Positions 12,313 to 27,070 of a DNA stretch of 64,000 nucleotides are shown piece after piece; positions within the stretch are counted from its first letter, which is position 1; the number at the start of each line of letters is the position of its first letter. The notes below the pieces were generated by a model, which was not told the origin of the DNA, did no database searches, and saw only the letters and a list, made by a program, of their open reading frames with translations. The stretch is from Azolla caroliniana (Eukaryota > Plantae > Polypodiophyta): positions 9,672,001-9,736,000 of the forward strand of contig JBHGNT010000007.1 of NCBI GenBank assembly GCA_043228905.1. The letters are read 5' to 3'. The position numbers were made by a program, and so were the translations under genes.

Positions 12313-15198
12313 TTACCATAAACATCTAATTAAATCTTGTCGTTTAGAATTATTTAATCTATTCCTAATCATTGAGGAATCTTGCGTTTCTTCAATTTAT
12401 GGTGAATTGAGATTTTATTTTATTTTCGAGAAACGTCCTTCAACTTTATCAGCTTCATACTCCATTGTACTCTAGTTGGTTAGGATACTCGGCTTTCACC
12501 CGAGCGACCCGTGTTCAAGTCTCGACAATGGAAATATAAGGTCTAGTTCAGGTTGCTTCTTATACAAGAAAAGTCTCATAATTGACAAATAAAAGACATC
12601 AAACCTTGTGGTGACATATTTTGCATATAGTGGGTTACAATGGTTGCCTCCTATTCAAAATATCCATACGTATCAAATTTGAAAACATAATACGTGTTGA
12701 AAAACCTCAACCGTCTCATGTTACTTACACATTCAAAAGTTGGTCTTACCATAAATATCTAATTAAATCTTGTCGGTTAGAATTATTCACTCTACTCCTA
12801 ATCATTGAGGAATCTTCTAATTTGATAAAGAAATCATCTTCTATAACATAAAGCTTAATATATTAGCATATTGAACGCAATTTCACTCGTATCAAAAGTA
12901 CGAGGTATATTGTTTAATTAAAGTAACAACATTTCTCGACAATTCATTCAAGGGGATAAAATCAAATTTCACAAAGGAAACATACTTGATGCTCTCCTTT
13001 AGTAAACGAAGAACCACGAAGGCAAAACTAGGATGTAATGTGTCATCTTCCGTTTCCACAATTTCTAGTTAACTGAGATTTTATTTGATTTTACAGAAAA
13101 ATCCTTCAACTTTGTCAATTCCATATTCCATTGTAGTCTAGCTAGGTAGGATACTCGGCTTTCAACCGAGCGACCCGGGTTCATGTCCCCGCAATGGAAA
13201 CATCAAGTGTAGTTCAGGTTGCATGACCTACGAAAAATGTCTCATAATTGACAAATACAAGACATAAAACCTTGTGGTGATATAATATACATGTAGTTGG
13301 TTACAATGGTAGCCACCAATTCCCAATTCTCAATTGTATTCAAGGGGATAAAATCACATTTCACTTAAAAGGAAACATACTTGATGTTCTCCTTTCGTAA
13401 ACGAAGAACCACGAAGGCAACAGTAGGATATCATGTGTCATTTTGTGTTTCCGCAATTTATGGTTAATTGAGATTTTATTTTATTTTAGAGAAATATCCT
13501 TCAACTTTGTCAACTCAATACTCCATTGTAGTCTAGCTGGTAAGGATAGTCGGGTTTCACCCGAGCGAGCCGTGTTCAAGTCCCGGCAATGGAAATACCA
13601 AGTCTAGTTCAAGTTGGATACATCTTATACAAAAAAAGTCTCATAATTGACAAATACAAGACATAAAACCTTGTATTCACATACACAATCTACATGTAGT
13701 GGGTTACAATGGTTGCCTTCAATTCTAAATATCGCTACGTATCGAATTTGAAAGGATAATACGTGTTGAAAAACCTAAAGCGTCGCATGTGACTTGCGCA
13801 TTCAAAATTAAGTTTTACAATAAATATCTAACTAAATCTTGGCGGTTAGAATTATTCACTCTGTTCCTAATCATTGCGAAGTCTTGCATTTCTACAATTT
13901 ATGATTAATTGAGATTTTATTTTATTTTAGAGAAACATCCTTCAACTTTGTCAACTCCATACTCCACTGTAGTCTAGTTGGTTAGGAAACTCAACTTTCA
14001 CCCGAGCAAACCGGGTTCAAGGCCCGGTAATGGAAACATCAAATCTAGTTCAAGGTGCATACATCTTATATGAAAAAAGTCTCATAATCATTCAGGAATC
14101 TTTTAGTTTTATAAAAATATCGTCTTCTATAACATAAAGCTTTACATATTAGCCGATTGAACTCAATTTCCCTCGTATCATAAGTAGGAGGTATATTGTT
14201 TAATTAAAGTAACGACATTTTCCGATAATTCATTCAAGGGGATAAAATCACATTTCATTTAAAACGAAACATGCTTGATCATCTCCTTTAGTAAACGAAG
14301 AACCACGAAGGCAACACTAGGATATCATGTGTCATGTTGCGTTTCCGCAATTTATGGTTAATAAAAATTTTATTTTATTTTAGAGAAACATCCTTCCGTT
14401 TATCAACTCCATGCTCCATTGTAGTCTAGTTCGTTAGGATACTCGGCGTTCACCCGAACGAACCGGGTTCATATCCGGGCAATGGAAATATCAAGTGTAG
14501 TTCAAGCTGCAATTTATTGTTAATTGACATTTTATTTTATTTTCGAGAAACATCCTTCAACTTTATCAACTCCATACTCCATTGTAGTCTAGTTGGTTAG
14601 GATACTAGTCTTTCACCCGAGTGACCCGGGTGCAAGTCCCGACAATGGAAACATCAAGTCTAGTTCAGGTTGCATCCTGTATGAAAAAAGTCGCATAATT
14701 GACAAATACAAGACATAAAACCTTGTCGTGACATAATCTACATGTAGTGGGTTACAATGGTTGCCTCCAATTCAAAATACGTGTTGACAAACCTAAAGCG
14801 TATCATGTGACTTGCGCATTCAGAATTAAGTCTTACCATAAATATCTACTAAAATCTTGGCGGTTTGAATTATTCACTCTATTCCTAATCATTGAGGAAT
14901 CTTGCATGTAGTGGGTTACAATGGTTGCCTCCAGTTCAAAATATCCATACGTATCGAATTTGAAAGGATTATACGTGTTGAAAAACCTAAAGCTTCTCAT
15001 GTGACTAGTGCATTCAAAATTAAGTCTTAGCATAAATATCTAATTAAATCTTGCCAGAAATATCTAATTAAATCTTGCATGTTAGAATTGTTCACTCTAT
15101 TCCTAATCATTGAGGAATCCTGCGTTTCAACAATTTATGGTTAATTGAGATTTTATTTTATTTTATAGAAAGAGTCTTCCACTCTATCAACTTAGTAC

Positions 15199-15271
15199 TC
15201 CATTGTAGTCTAGTTGGTTAGGATACTTGGCTTTCACCCAAGCGACCCGGGTTCAAGTCCCGGCAATGGAA
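15199..15271 (+). tRNA. tRNA-Glu(TTC), compensatory anticodon-stem variant
   Basis: Full cloverleaf; anticodon stem CTTGG/CCAAG. Confidence 0.8.
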
Positions 15272-18200
15272 ACATCAAGTGTAGTTCAGTTGCATCTTCT
15301 ACAAAAAAAGTGTCATAATTAACAAATACAAGACATAAAACCTTGTGGTAACATAATCTACATGTAGTGGGTTACAATGGTTTCCTACAATTCAAAATAT
15401 TCATACGTATCGAATTTGAAAGGATAATACATGTTGAAAAGCCTAAAGTGTCTCATGTGACTAGTGCATTCAAAATTAAGTCTTAGCATCAATATCTAAT
15501 TAAATCTTGCCATAAATATTTAATTAAATTTTGCCTATTAGAATTATTCACTCTATTCCTAATCATTGTGGAATCTTGCGTTTCAACAATTTATGGTTAG
15601 TTGAGATTTTATTTTATTTTAAAGAAAGATGCTTCAACTATATTAACTCTATACTCCATTGTAGTCTAGGTTGGTAGGATACTCGGCTTTCACCCCAGCA
15701 ACCCGGGTTCAAGTACCGGCCATGGAAACAGCAAGTCTAGTTCAGGTTGCGTCTTGTAAAATAAAATTCTCATAATTAATAATTACAAGACATATAACCT
15801 TGTGGTGACATAATTTACATGTTGTGGGTTACAATGGTTGGCTCCAATTAGAAATATCCATACGTATCGAATTTGAAAGGATAATACGTGTTGGAAAACG
15901 TAAAACGTCTCATGTGACTTGCGCATTCAAAATTAAGTCTTACCATAAATATTTTATTAAATGTTGATTCTTGGAACTATTAACTATATTCCTAATCATT
16001 GAGGAATGTTGCGTTTCTACAATTTATGGTTAATTAAGATTTTATTTTATTTTAGAGAAACATCCTTCAACTCTATCAACTCCGTACTCCATTCTAGTCT
16101 AGTTGCTTAGGATAGTTGGCTTTCACCCGATCGACCCGGGTTCAAGTCCCGACAATCGAAACATCAAGTCTAGTTCAAGTTGCATCTTGCACAAAAAAGT
16201 CTCATAATTGATAAATACAAGGCATAAAACCTTGTGGTGACTTAATCTACATGTAGTGGGTTACCATGGTTGCCTGCAATTCAAAATATCCATACGTATC
16301 GAATTCGAAAGGATAATACGTGTTGAAAAACCTAAAGCGTCTCATATGACTTGACCATTCTAAATTAAGTCTTACAATAAATATCTAATTAAATCTTGGC
16401 TGTTAGAATTATTCACTCTATTCCTAATCATTGAGGAATCTTGCGTTTCTGCAATTTATCATTAATTGAGATTTTATTATATTTTAGAGAAATATCCTTT
16501 AATATTATTTTAGAGAGACAACAAGTCTAGGTCAAGTTCTATCTTGTACGAAAAAGTCTCATAATTAACAAATACAAGACATAAAACCTTGTGGTGACAT
16601 CATCTACATGTAGTGGGTTACAATGGTTGCCCCCAATTCGAAATATCCATACGTATCGAATTGGAAAGGATAATACGTGTTGAAAAACCTGAAGTGTCTC
16701 ATGTGACTTGCGTAGTCAAAATTAAGTCTTAGCATAAATATGTAATTAAATCTTGCATGTTAGAATTATTCACTCTATTCCTAATGATTTAGAAATCTTG
16801 CGTTTCTGCAATTTATGGTTAATTGAGATCTTATTTTATTTTAGAGAAAGATACTTCAACTCTATCAACTCTGTAGTCCATTGTAGTCTAGTTGATTAGG
16901 ATAATCGGCTTTCACTCGAGCGGCGCGGGTTCAAGTCCTGGCAATCGAAACATCAAGTCTAGTGCAAGTTGGATCTTGTACGAAAAAGTCTCATAATTGA
17001 CAAATACAAGGCATAAAACTTGGTAGTGATATATTCTACATGTAGTGGGTTACAATGGTTGCCTCCAATTCAAAATATCCATTTCGAATTTGGAAGGATA
17101 ATACTTGTTAAAAAACCTAAAGCGTCTCATGTGACTTGTGCATTTAAAATTAAGTCTTAGCATAAGTATTTAATTAAATCTTGCATGTTAGAATTATTCA
17201 CTCTATTCCTAATCATTGGGGAATCTTTCGTTTCCGCAATTTATGGTTAATTGAGATTTTATTTTATTTTAGAGAAAGATCCTTCAACTCTATTAACTCC
17301 GTACTCCATTGTAGTCTAGTTGGTTAGGATATTCGGCTTTCACCCGAGCGACCCGGGTTCAAGTCCCGACAATGGAAACAATAAGTCTAGTTCGGGTTGC
17401 ATCTTGTAAAAAAAAAGTCTCATAATCTACAAATACACGACATAAACCCTTGTGGGGACATAATCTACATGTAGTGGGTTATAATGGTTGCCTAGAATTC
17501 AAAATATCCATACGTATCGAATTCGAAAGGATAATACGTGTTGAAAAACCTAAAGCCTCTCATGTGACTAGTGCATTCAAAATTAAGTCTTAGCCTAAAT
17601 ATCTAATTAAATCTTGCATGTTAGAATTATTCACTCTATTCCTAATGATTGAGGAATCTTGCGTTTCTGCAATTTATGGTTAATTGAAATTTTATTTTAT
17701 TTTAGAGAAAGACCCTTTAACTCTATCAAGTCCGTACTCCATTGTAATCTAGTTGGTTTGGATACAGGGCTTTCACCCGAGCGACCCGGGTTCAAATCTT
17801 GGGAATGGGAACAACAAGTCTAGTTCAGGTTGTATACATCTTACAAAAAAAAATCTCATAATTAATAAATACAAGACATAAAACCTTTTGGTGACATAAT
17901 CTACATGTAGTGGGTTACAGTGGTTGGCTCCAATTCGAAATATCCATACGTATCGAATTGGAAAGGATAATACATGTTGAAAAACCTCAAGCATCTCATG
18001 TGACTTGCGCATTCAAAATTAAGTCTTCGCATAAATATGTAGTTAAGTCTACTTCAGGTTTGATACATGTTAGACGAAAAAACTCTCATAATTAAAAGAG
18101 ACAAGACATAAAACCTTGTGGTGACATAATCTACATGTAGTGGGTTGCAACGGTTGCCTCCAACTCAAGATATCCGTACGTATCGAATTTGAAAGGATAA

Positions 18201-21200
18201 TACGTGTTCAAAAATCTAAAGCGTCTGATGTGACTTGCGCATTCAAAACTAAGTCTTAGCATAAATATCTAATTAAATCTTGCCTCTTAGAATGATTCTC
18301 TCTATTCCTAATCATTAAGGAATCTTGCGTTTCTGCAATTTAGGGTTAATCGACATTTTATTTTACTTTAGAGAAAGATCCTTCAACTCTATCAACTTTG
18401 TACTCCATTGTAGTGTAGTTGGTTAGGATACTCGACTTTCACTTGAGCGACCTGAGTTCAAGTCCTGGCAATGGAAACAACAAGTGTAGTTCAGGCTGCA
18501 TCTTGTAAAACAAAAGTCTCATAATTAACAAATACAAGACATAAACCCTTTTGGAGACATAATGTACATGTAGTGGGTTACAATGGTTGGCCTAGAATTC
18601 GAAATATCCATACATATCGATTTTGAAAGGATATTACGTGTTGGAAAACCTAACGTCTGATGTGACTAGTGCACTAAAAATTAAGTCGTAGCATAAATAT
18701 CTAATTAAATCTTGCCAGAAATTTCTAATTAAATCTTGCATGTTAGAATTATTCACTATATTCCTAATCATTGAGGAATTTTGCGTTTTAGCAATTTATG
18801 GTTAATTGAGATTTTATTTTATTTCAGAGAAAGAGCCTTCAACTCTCTCAACTTTGTACTCGATTGTAGTCTAGTTGGTTAGGATACTCGGCTTTCACCG
18901 GAGCAACCCGGGTTCAAGTGCCGGCAATGGAAACGTCAGTCTAGTTCAGGTTGCATCTTCTACGGAAAACGTATCATAATTAGGAAATACAAGACATAAA
19001 ACGTTGTTGTGATATAATTTACATGAAGTGGCTTACAATGGTTTCCTCCAATTTCAAATATCCATGCGTATCGTATTGGAAAGGATAATACGTGTTGAAA
19101 AATCTAAAGCGTTTCATGTGACTAGTGCATCCAAAATTAAGTCTTAGCATAAATATCTAATTAAATCTTGCCATAAATATCTAATTAAATCTTGCATGTT
19201 AGAATTATTCACTCTATTCCTAATGATTGAGGAATCTTGCGTTTCTGCAATTTATGGTTAATTGAGATTTTATTGTATTTTAGAGAAAGAGCTTTCAAAT
19301 CTATCAACTCCGTACTCCATTGTAGTCTAGTTTGTTAGGATACACGGCTTTTAGCCGAGCGACCCCGGTTCAAGTCCTGGGAATGGGAACAGCAAGTCTA
19401 GTTCAGGTTGGATACATCTTGTAAAAAAAAAGTCTCATAATTAACAAATACAAGACATAAAACGTTGTGGTGACATAATCTACATGTAGTGGGTTACAAT
19501 GGTTGCCTCCAATTCGAAATATCCATACGTATCGAATCGGAAAGGATAATACGTGTTAAAAAACCTCAAGCGTCTCATGTGACATGCGCATTAGAAATTA
19601 CGTCTTAGCATAAATATGTAATTAAATCTTGCCTGTTAGAATGATTCACTATTTTCATAATCATTGAGGAATCTTGCGTTTCTGCAATTTATGGTTAATG
19701 GAAATTTATTTCATTTTAGAGAAAGATTCTTCAACTTTATCAACTCCATACTCCATTGTAGTTTAGTTGGTTAGGATACTCGACTTTCATCCAAGCGACC
19801 CGAGTTCAAGTCCCAGCAATGCAAACAACAAGTCTAATTTAGGTTGGATACATCTTAGACGAAAAATGTCTCATAATTAACAAAGACAAGACATAAAACC
19901 TTGTAGTGACATAATCGACATGTAGTGGGTTAAAATGGTTGCCTCCAATTCAAAATATCCATACGTATCGAATTTGAAAGGATAATACGTGTTGAAAAAC
20001 CTAAAACGTCTCATGTGACGAGTGTATTCAAAATTATGTCTTACCATAAATATCTAATTAAATCTTGCCTGTTAGACTTATTGAGTCTATTCCTAATCAT
20101 TGAGGAGTCTTGCATTTTTGAAATTTATGGTTAATTGAGATTTTATTTTATTTTAGAGAAAGATGCTTCAACTATATCAATTCCGTACTCCATTGTAGTC
20201 TGGTTGGTTAGGATACTCAGCTTTCACTCGAGCGACCCGGGTTCAAGTCCCGGTAATGGAAACATCAAGTGTAGTTCAGGCTGCTTCTTCTACAAAAAAA
20301 GTCTCATAATTAAAATATACAAGACGTAAAACCTTGTGGTGACATAATCTACATGTAGTGGATTACAATGGTTGCCTATAATTCAAACTATCTATTAAAT
20401 CTCGCGTTTCTGCAATTCATGGTTAATGGAAATTTTATTTTATTTTAGAGTAAGATCCTTCAACTCTATTAACGCCGTACTCCATTATAGTTTAGTTGGT
20501 TAGGATACCTGCCTTGTAAAAAAAAAGTCTCATAATTAACAAATACAACACATAGACCCTTGTGGAGACATAATCTACATTTAGTGGGTTACAATGGTTG
20601 CCTACAATTCAAAATATTCATACGTATCGAATTTGAAAGGATAACACGTGTTGAAAAACCTAAAGCGTCTCATGTGACGAGTGCATTCAAAATTAAGTCT
20701 TAGTATAAATATCTAATTAAATCTTCCCATAAATATTTAAGTAAATCTTGCCTGTTAGAATTATTGAGTCTATTCCAAATCATTGAGGAGTCTTGTGTTT
20801 TTGAAATTTATGGGTAATTGAGATTTTCTCTTATTTTAGAAAAATATGCTTCAACTTGATCAACTTCGTATTCCATGGTAGTCTAGTTGGGCAGGATACT
20901 CGGCTTTCAACCGAGCAACCCAAGTTCAAGTATCGGCAGTGGAAACAACATGTCTAGTTCAGGTTGCATCTTGTAAAAAATAAGTCTCATAATTAATAAA
21001 TACAAGACATAAAACCTTCTGTTGACATAATCTACATGTAGTGGGTTACAATGGTTGGCTCCAATTCGAAATATCCATACGCGTATCGAATTTGAAAGGA
21101 TAATACGTGTTGGAAAAGTAATGCGTCTCATGTGACTTGCGAATTCAAAATTACGTCTTTGCATAAATCTCTAATTAAATCTTGCTTGTTGGAATTATTA

Positions 21201-21761
21201 ACTATATTCCTAATCATTAACGAATATTGCGTTTCTGCAATTTATGGTTAATTGAGATCTTATTTTATTTTAAAGAATCATCCTTCAACTCTATCAACTC
21301 CGTACTCCGTTGTAATCTTGTTGGTTAGATACTCGTCTTTCACCTGAGCAACCCGTGTTCAAGTCCCGGTAATGGAAACAACAAGTCTAGTTTAGGCTGC
21401 ATCTTGTAAAAAAAAAGTCTCATAACTAACAAATACAAGACATAGACCCTTGTAGAGACATAATCTACATTTAGTGGGTTATAATGGTTTCCTACAATTC
21501 AAAATATCCATACGTATCGAATTTGAAAGGACAATACGTGTTGAAAAACCTAAAGTGTCTCATGTGACTAGTGCATTCAAAATTAAGTCTTAGCATAAAT
21601 ATCTAATTAAATCTTGCCAGAAATTTCTAATTAATTCTTGCATGTTAAAATTATTCACTCTATTCCTAACCATTGAGGAATCTTTCGTTTCTGCAATTTA
21701 TGGTTAATTGAGATTTTATTTTATTTTAGAGAAAGAGCTTTCAACTCTATCAACTGTATAC

Positions 21762-21834
21762 TCCATTGTAGTCTAGTTGGTTAGGATACTCGGCTTTCAC
21801 CCGAGCGACCCGGGTTCAAGTCTCGGCAATGGAA
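21762..21834 (+). tRNA. tRNA-Glu(TTC)
   Basis: Consensus except one G-T pair in the T stem. Confidence 0.8.
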
Positions 21835-23577
21835 ACAACAAGTCTAGTTCAGGTTGGACACAACTTAGACGAAAAAAGTCTCATAATTAACAAATACAAT
21901 ACATAAAACCTTGTGGTGACATAATCTACATGTAGTGGGTTACAACGGTTGCATCGAATTCAAAATATCCATACGTATCAAATTTGAAAGGATAATACGT
22001 GTTGAAAAACCTAAAACGTCTGATATCACTTGCGAAACCGAAAGCGTCTCATGTGACTTGCGCATTCAAATTTAAGTCTTAGCATAGATATCTAATTAAA
22101 TCTTGCCTGTCAAAGTTATTCACTCTATTCCTAATCATTGAGGAATCTTGCGTTTCTGCGATTTATTATTGTAAAGAAGCGATGGTGATGAGAAAGAACC
22201 TTTGACTCTATCAACTTTGTACTCCATTGTAGTCTAGTTGGTTAGGATAATCGGCTTTCTCCCGAGCGACCCAGGTTCAAGTCCCGGCAATGGAAACAAC
22301 AAGTCTAGTACAGGTGGGAGACATCTTAGACGAAAAAAGTCTCATAATTAACAAATACAAGACATAAAACCTTGTGGTGACATAATCTACATGTAGTGGG
22401 TTACAATGGTTGCCTCGAATTCAAAATATCCATACGTATCGAATCTGAAAGGATAATACGTGTTGAAAAACCTAAAACGTCTCATATGACTTGCGAAACC
22501 GAAAGCGTGACATGAGACTTGCTCATTCAAAATTAAGTCTTAGCATAAATATCTAATTAAATCTTTCCTGTTAGAAATATTCACTGTACTCCTAATAGTT
22601 GAGGAATCTTGCGTTTCTGTGTTTTATGGTTGTAAAGAATCAATGGTTATGAGAAAGAGCCTTCAACTCTATCAACTCTGCACTCCATTGTAGTCTAATT
22701 GGTTAGGATACTCGGCTTTCACCTAAGGGACCCGGGTTCAAGTCCCGGCAATGGAAACAACAAGTCTAGTACAGGTGGGAGACATCTTAGACGAAAAAAA
22801 TCTCATAATTAACAAATAAAAGACATAAAACCTTGTGGTGATACAATCTACATGTAGTGGGTTAGAACGGTTGCCTCGAATTCGAAATATCGATACGTAT
22901 CGAATTTGAAAGGATAATACATGTTGAAAAACATAAAACGTCTTATATGACTTGCTAGACCTAAAGCGTCTTTTGTGGCTTACGCATTCAAAATTATGTC
23001 TTAGCATACATATCTAATTAAATGTTGCCTGGTAGAATTATTCACTCTATTCCTAATCAGTGGGGAATCTTGCGTTTCTGCGATTTATGGTTGTAAAGAA
23101 TCGATGGTAATGAGAAAGAGCCTTCAAGTCTATCAACTTCGTACTCCATTGTAGTCTAGTTGGTTAGGATACTTGGCTTTCACCCGAGCCACCCGGGTTC
23201 AAGTCCCCGCAATGAAAATATCAAGTCTAGTTCAGGTTGGAGACATCTTAGACGAGAAAAGTCTCATAATTAACAAATACAAGACATAAAACCTTGTGGT
23301 GACATAATCTACATGTAGTGGATTACAACGGATGCCTCGAATTCAAAATATCCATACGTATCGAATTTGAAAGGATAATACGTGTTGAAAAAGCTAAAAC
23401 ATTTCACGTGCCTTGCGCATTCAAAATTATGTCTTAGCATACATATCTAATTAAATGTTGCCTGGTAGAATTATTCACTCTATTCCTAATCAGTGGGGAA
23501 TCTTGCGTTTCCGCGATTTATGGTTGTAAAGAATCGATGGTAATGAGAAAGAGCCTTCAAGATTATCAACTTCGTAC

Positions 23578-23650
23578 TCCATTGTAGTCTAGTTGGTTAG
23601 GATACTCGGCTTTCACCCGAGCGACCCGGGTTCAAGTCCCGGCAATGGAA
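23578..23650 (+). tRNA. tRNA-Glu(TTC), perfect consensus
   Basis: Acceptor TCCATTG/CAATGGA, D stem GTCT/GGAT, anticodon stem CTCGG/CCGAG with loop CTTTCAC, T stem CCGGG/CCCGG with loop TTCAAGT. Confidence 0.9.
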
Positions 23651-24193
23651 ATATCAAGTCTAGTTTGGGTTGTAGACATCTTAGACGAAAAATCTCTCAT
23701 AATTAACAAATACAACACATAAAACTTTGTGGTGACATAATCTACATGTGGATAGGATAGTCGGCTTTCACCCGAGCGACTCGGGTTCAAGTCTTCCCAA
23801 TGGAAACAACAAGTGTAGTTCAGGTTGGAGACATCTTAGACGAAAAAAGTCTCATAATTAACAAATACAAGACATAAAACCTTGTGATGATATAATCTAC
23901 ATGGAGTGGGTTACAACGGATGCCTCGAATTCAAAATATCCATACGTATCGAATTTGAAAGTATAATATGTGTTGGAAAACCTAAAAAGTTTCATATTAC
24001 TTACGAAACTTAAAGCGTCTCATGTTACTTGGGCACTTAAAATTAAGTCTTACCATAGACATCTAATTAAATATTGCCTGTTATAATTATTCAGTCTATT
24101 CCTAGTCATTGTGGAATCTTGCGTTTCTGCGATTTATGGTTGTAAAGAATCGATGGTGATGAGAAAGTGCCTTCAACTCTATCAATTCCGTAC

Positions 24194-24266
24194 TCCATTG
24201 TAGTCTAGTTGGTTAGGATACTCGGCTTTCACCCGAGCAACCCGGGTTCAAGTCCCGGCAATGGAA
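24194..24266 (+). tRNA. tRNA-Glu(TTC)
   Basis: Consensus except variable loop CAAC. Confidence 0.82.
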
Positions 24267-24711
24267 ACAACAAGTCTAGTTCAGGTTGGAGACATCTTAG
24301 ACGAGAAAAGTCTCGTAATTAACAAATACAAGACATAAAACCTTGTGGTGACATAATCTACATGTAGCGGGTTACAACTGTTGCATCGAATTCAAAATAT
24401 CCATACGGATCGAATTTAAAAGGATAATATGTGTTGAAAAACCGAAAAAGTCTTATATTACTTGCGAAACCTAAATCGTGTCATTTTACTTGTGCACTTA
24501 AAATTAAGTCTTTGCATAGACATCTAATTAAATCTTGTCATGTTACTTGCGCACTTAAAATTAAGTCTTAGCATAGACATCTAATTAAATCTTGCCTGTT
24601 AGAATTATTCACTCTAGTCCTAATCATTAAGGAATCTTGCGTTTCTGCGATTTATGGTTGTAAAGAATCGATGGTGATGAGAAAGTGCCTTCAACTCTAT
24701 CAATTCCGTAC

Positions 24712-24784
24712 TCCATTGTAGTCTAGTTGGTTAGGATACTCGGCTTTCACCCGAGCGACCCGGGTTCAAGTCCCGGCAATGGAA
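24712..24784 (+). tRNA. tRNA-Glu(TTC), perfect consensus
   Basis: Identical to the 73-nt consensus. Confidence 0.9.
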
Positions 24785-25327
24785 ATATCAAGTCTAGTTT
24801 GGGTTGTAGACATCTTAGACGAAAAATCTCTCATAATTAACAAATACAACACATAAAACCTTGTGGTGACATAATCTACATGTGGATAGGATAGTCGGCT
24901 TTCACCCGAGCGACTCGGGTTCAAGTCTTCCCACTGGAAACAACAAGTGTAGTTCAGGTTGGAGACATCTTAGACGAAAAAAGTCTCATAATTAACAAAT
25001 ACAAGACATAAAACCTTGTGATGATATAATCTACATGGAGTGGGTTACAACGGATGCCTCGAATTCAAAATATCCATACGTATCGAATTTGAAAGTATAA
25101 TATGTGTTGGAAAACCTAAAAAGTTTCATATTACTTACGAAACTTAAAGCGTCTCATGTTACTTGGGCACTTAAAATTAAGTCTTACCATAGACATCTAA
25201 TTAAATATTGCCTGTTATAATTATTCAGTCTATTCCTAGTCATTGTGGAATCTTGCGTTTCTGCGATTTATGGTTGTAAAGAATCGATGGTGATGAGAAA
25301 GTGCCTTCAACTCTATCAATTCCGTAC

Positions 25328-25400
25328 TCCATTGTAGTCTAGTTGGTTAGGATACTCGGCTTTCACCCGAGCGACCCGGGTTCAAGTCCCGGCAATGGAA
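25328..25400 (+). tRNA. tRNA-Glu(TTC), perfect consensus
   Basis: Identical to consensus. Confidence 0.9.
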
Positions 25401-26363
25401 ACAACAAGTCTAGTTCAGGTTGGAGACATCTTAGACGAGAAAAGTCTCCTAATTAACAAATACAAGACATAAAACCTTGTGGTGACATAATCTACATGTA
25501 GCGGGTTACAACTGTTGCATCGAATTCAAAATATCCATACGGATCGAATTTAAAAGGATAATATGTGTTGAAAAACCGAAAAAGTCTTATATTACTTGCG
25601 AAACCAAAATCGTGTCATTTTACTTGTGCACTTAAAATTAAGTCTTTGCATAGACATCTAATTAAATCTTGTCATGTTACTTGCGCACTTAAAATTAAGT
25701 CTTAGCATAGACATCTAATTAAATCTTGCCTGTTAGAATTATTCACTCTAGTCCTAATCATTAAGGAATCTTGCGTTTCTGCGATTTATGGTTGTAAAGA
25801 ATCGATGGTGATGAGAAAGTGCCTTCAACTCTATCAATTCCGTACTCCATTGTAGTCTAGTTGGTTAGGATACTCGGTTTTCACCCGAGCGACCCAGGTT
25901 CAAGTCCCGGCAATGGAAACAACAAGTCTAGTTTAGGTTGGAGACATCTTAGACGAGAAAAGTCTCATAATTAACAAATACAAGACATAAAACCTTGTGG
26001 TGACATAATCTACATGTAGCGGGTTACAACTGTTGCATCGAATTCAAAATATCCATACGTATCGAATTTAAAAGGATAATATGTGTTGAAAAACCGAAAA
26101 AGTCTTATATTACTTGCGAAACCTAAATCGTGTCATTTTACTTGTGCACTTAAAATTAAGTCTTTGCATAGACATCTAATTAAATCTTGTCATGTTACTT
26201 GCGCACTTAAAATTAATTCTTAGCATAGACATCTAATTAAATCTTGCCTGTTAGAATTATTCACTCTAGTCCTAATCATTAAGGAATCTTGCATTTTTGC
26301 GTTTTATGATTATAAAGAATCGATGGTGATGAGAAAGAGCTTTCAACTCTATTAATTCCGTAC

Positions 26364-26436
26364 TCCATTGTAGTCTAGTTGGTTAGGATACTCGGCTTTC
26401 ACCTGAGCGACCCGGGTTCAAGTCCCGGCAATGGAA
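26364..26436 (+). tRNA. tRNA-Glu(TTC), G30-T40 wobble variant
   Basis: Anticodon stem CTCGG/CTGAG, otherwise consensus. Confidence 0.82.
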
Positions 26437-26804
26437 ATATCAAGTCTAGTTCAGGTGGGAGACATCTTAGACGAAAAAAGTCTCATAATTAACAAATACA
26501 AGACATAAAACCTTGTGGTGATATAATCTATATGTAGTGGGTTACAACGGTTGCCTCGAATTGGAAATATCGATACGTATCGAATTTGAAAGGATAATAC
26601 CTGTTGAAAAACATGAAACGTCTTATATGACTTGCTAGACCGAAAGCGTCTCATGTTACTTGCGCACTTAAAATTAAGTCTTACCATAGACATCTAATTA
26701 AATATTGCCTGTTAGAATTATTCACTCTATTCCTTATCATTGAGGAATCTTGCGTTTTTGCGATTTATGATTATAAAGAATCCATGGTGATGAGAAACAG
26801 CCTT

Positions 26805-27070
26805 AACCCGACCTTTGAGAATCTATGTTCAGACGTTGTACAATGTTCAGCGTGATTCTCAACATGCCCCCTCAAGCTCAACTCGGGTAGTCTCCTTTCG
26901 GTTGATGTCCGCTTCGGCTCGTACCCGGTTCGTACAGTTTCTGATTTTTGATTGTATTCCCCTTAAAATTGACAAGTCACAGATTGTCAATCCAAGGTCA
27001 GACATGAATTGCCGAAGCTTGTCGGCTCCTAAGGCTTTCGTGAATATGTCGGCCGTTCGAAGATTGTGTT
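26805..27070 (-). mobile_element. ~265-bp copia fragment (RNase H end, PPT, LTR start) of the E0 family
   Basis: Homologous to ~4010-4320 (gattctcaaca.gccccct.aagctcaactcggg; gacatgaattgccgaagcttgtcggctcc). Confidence 0.85.

Noticed and set aside
12860-12910. Hammerhead ribozyme in the old spacer module (GAAA hairpin)
   Set aside because: No CUGANGA core correctly placed on either strand
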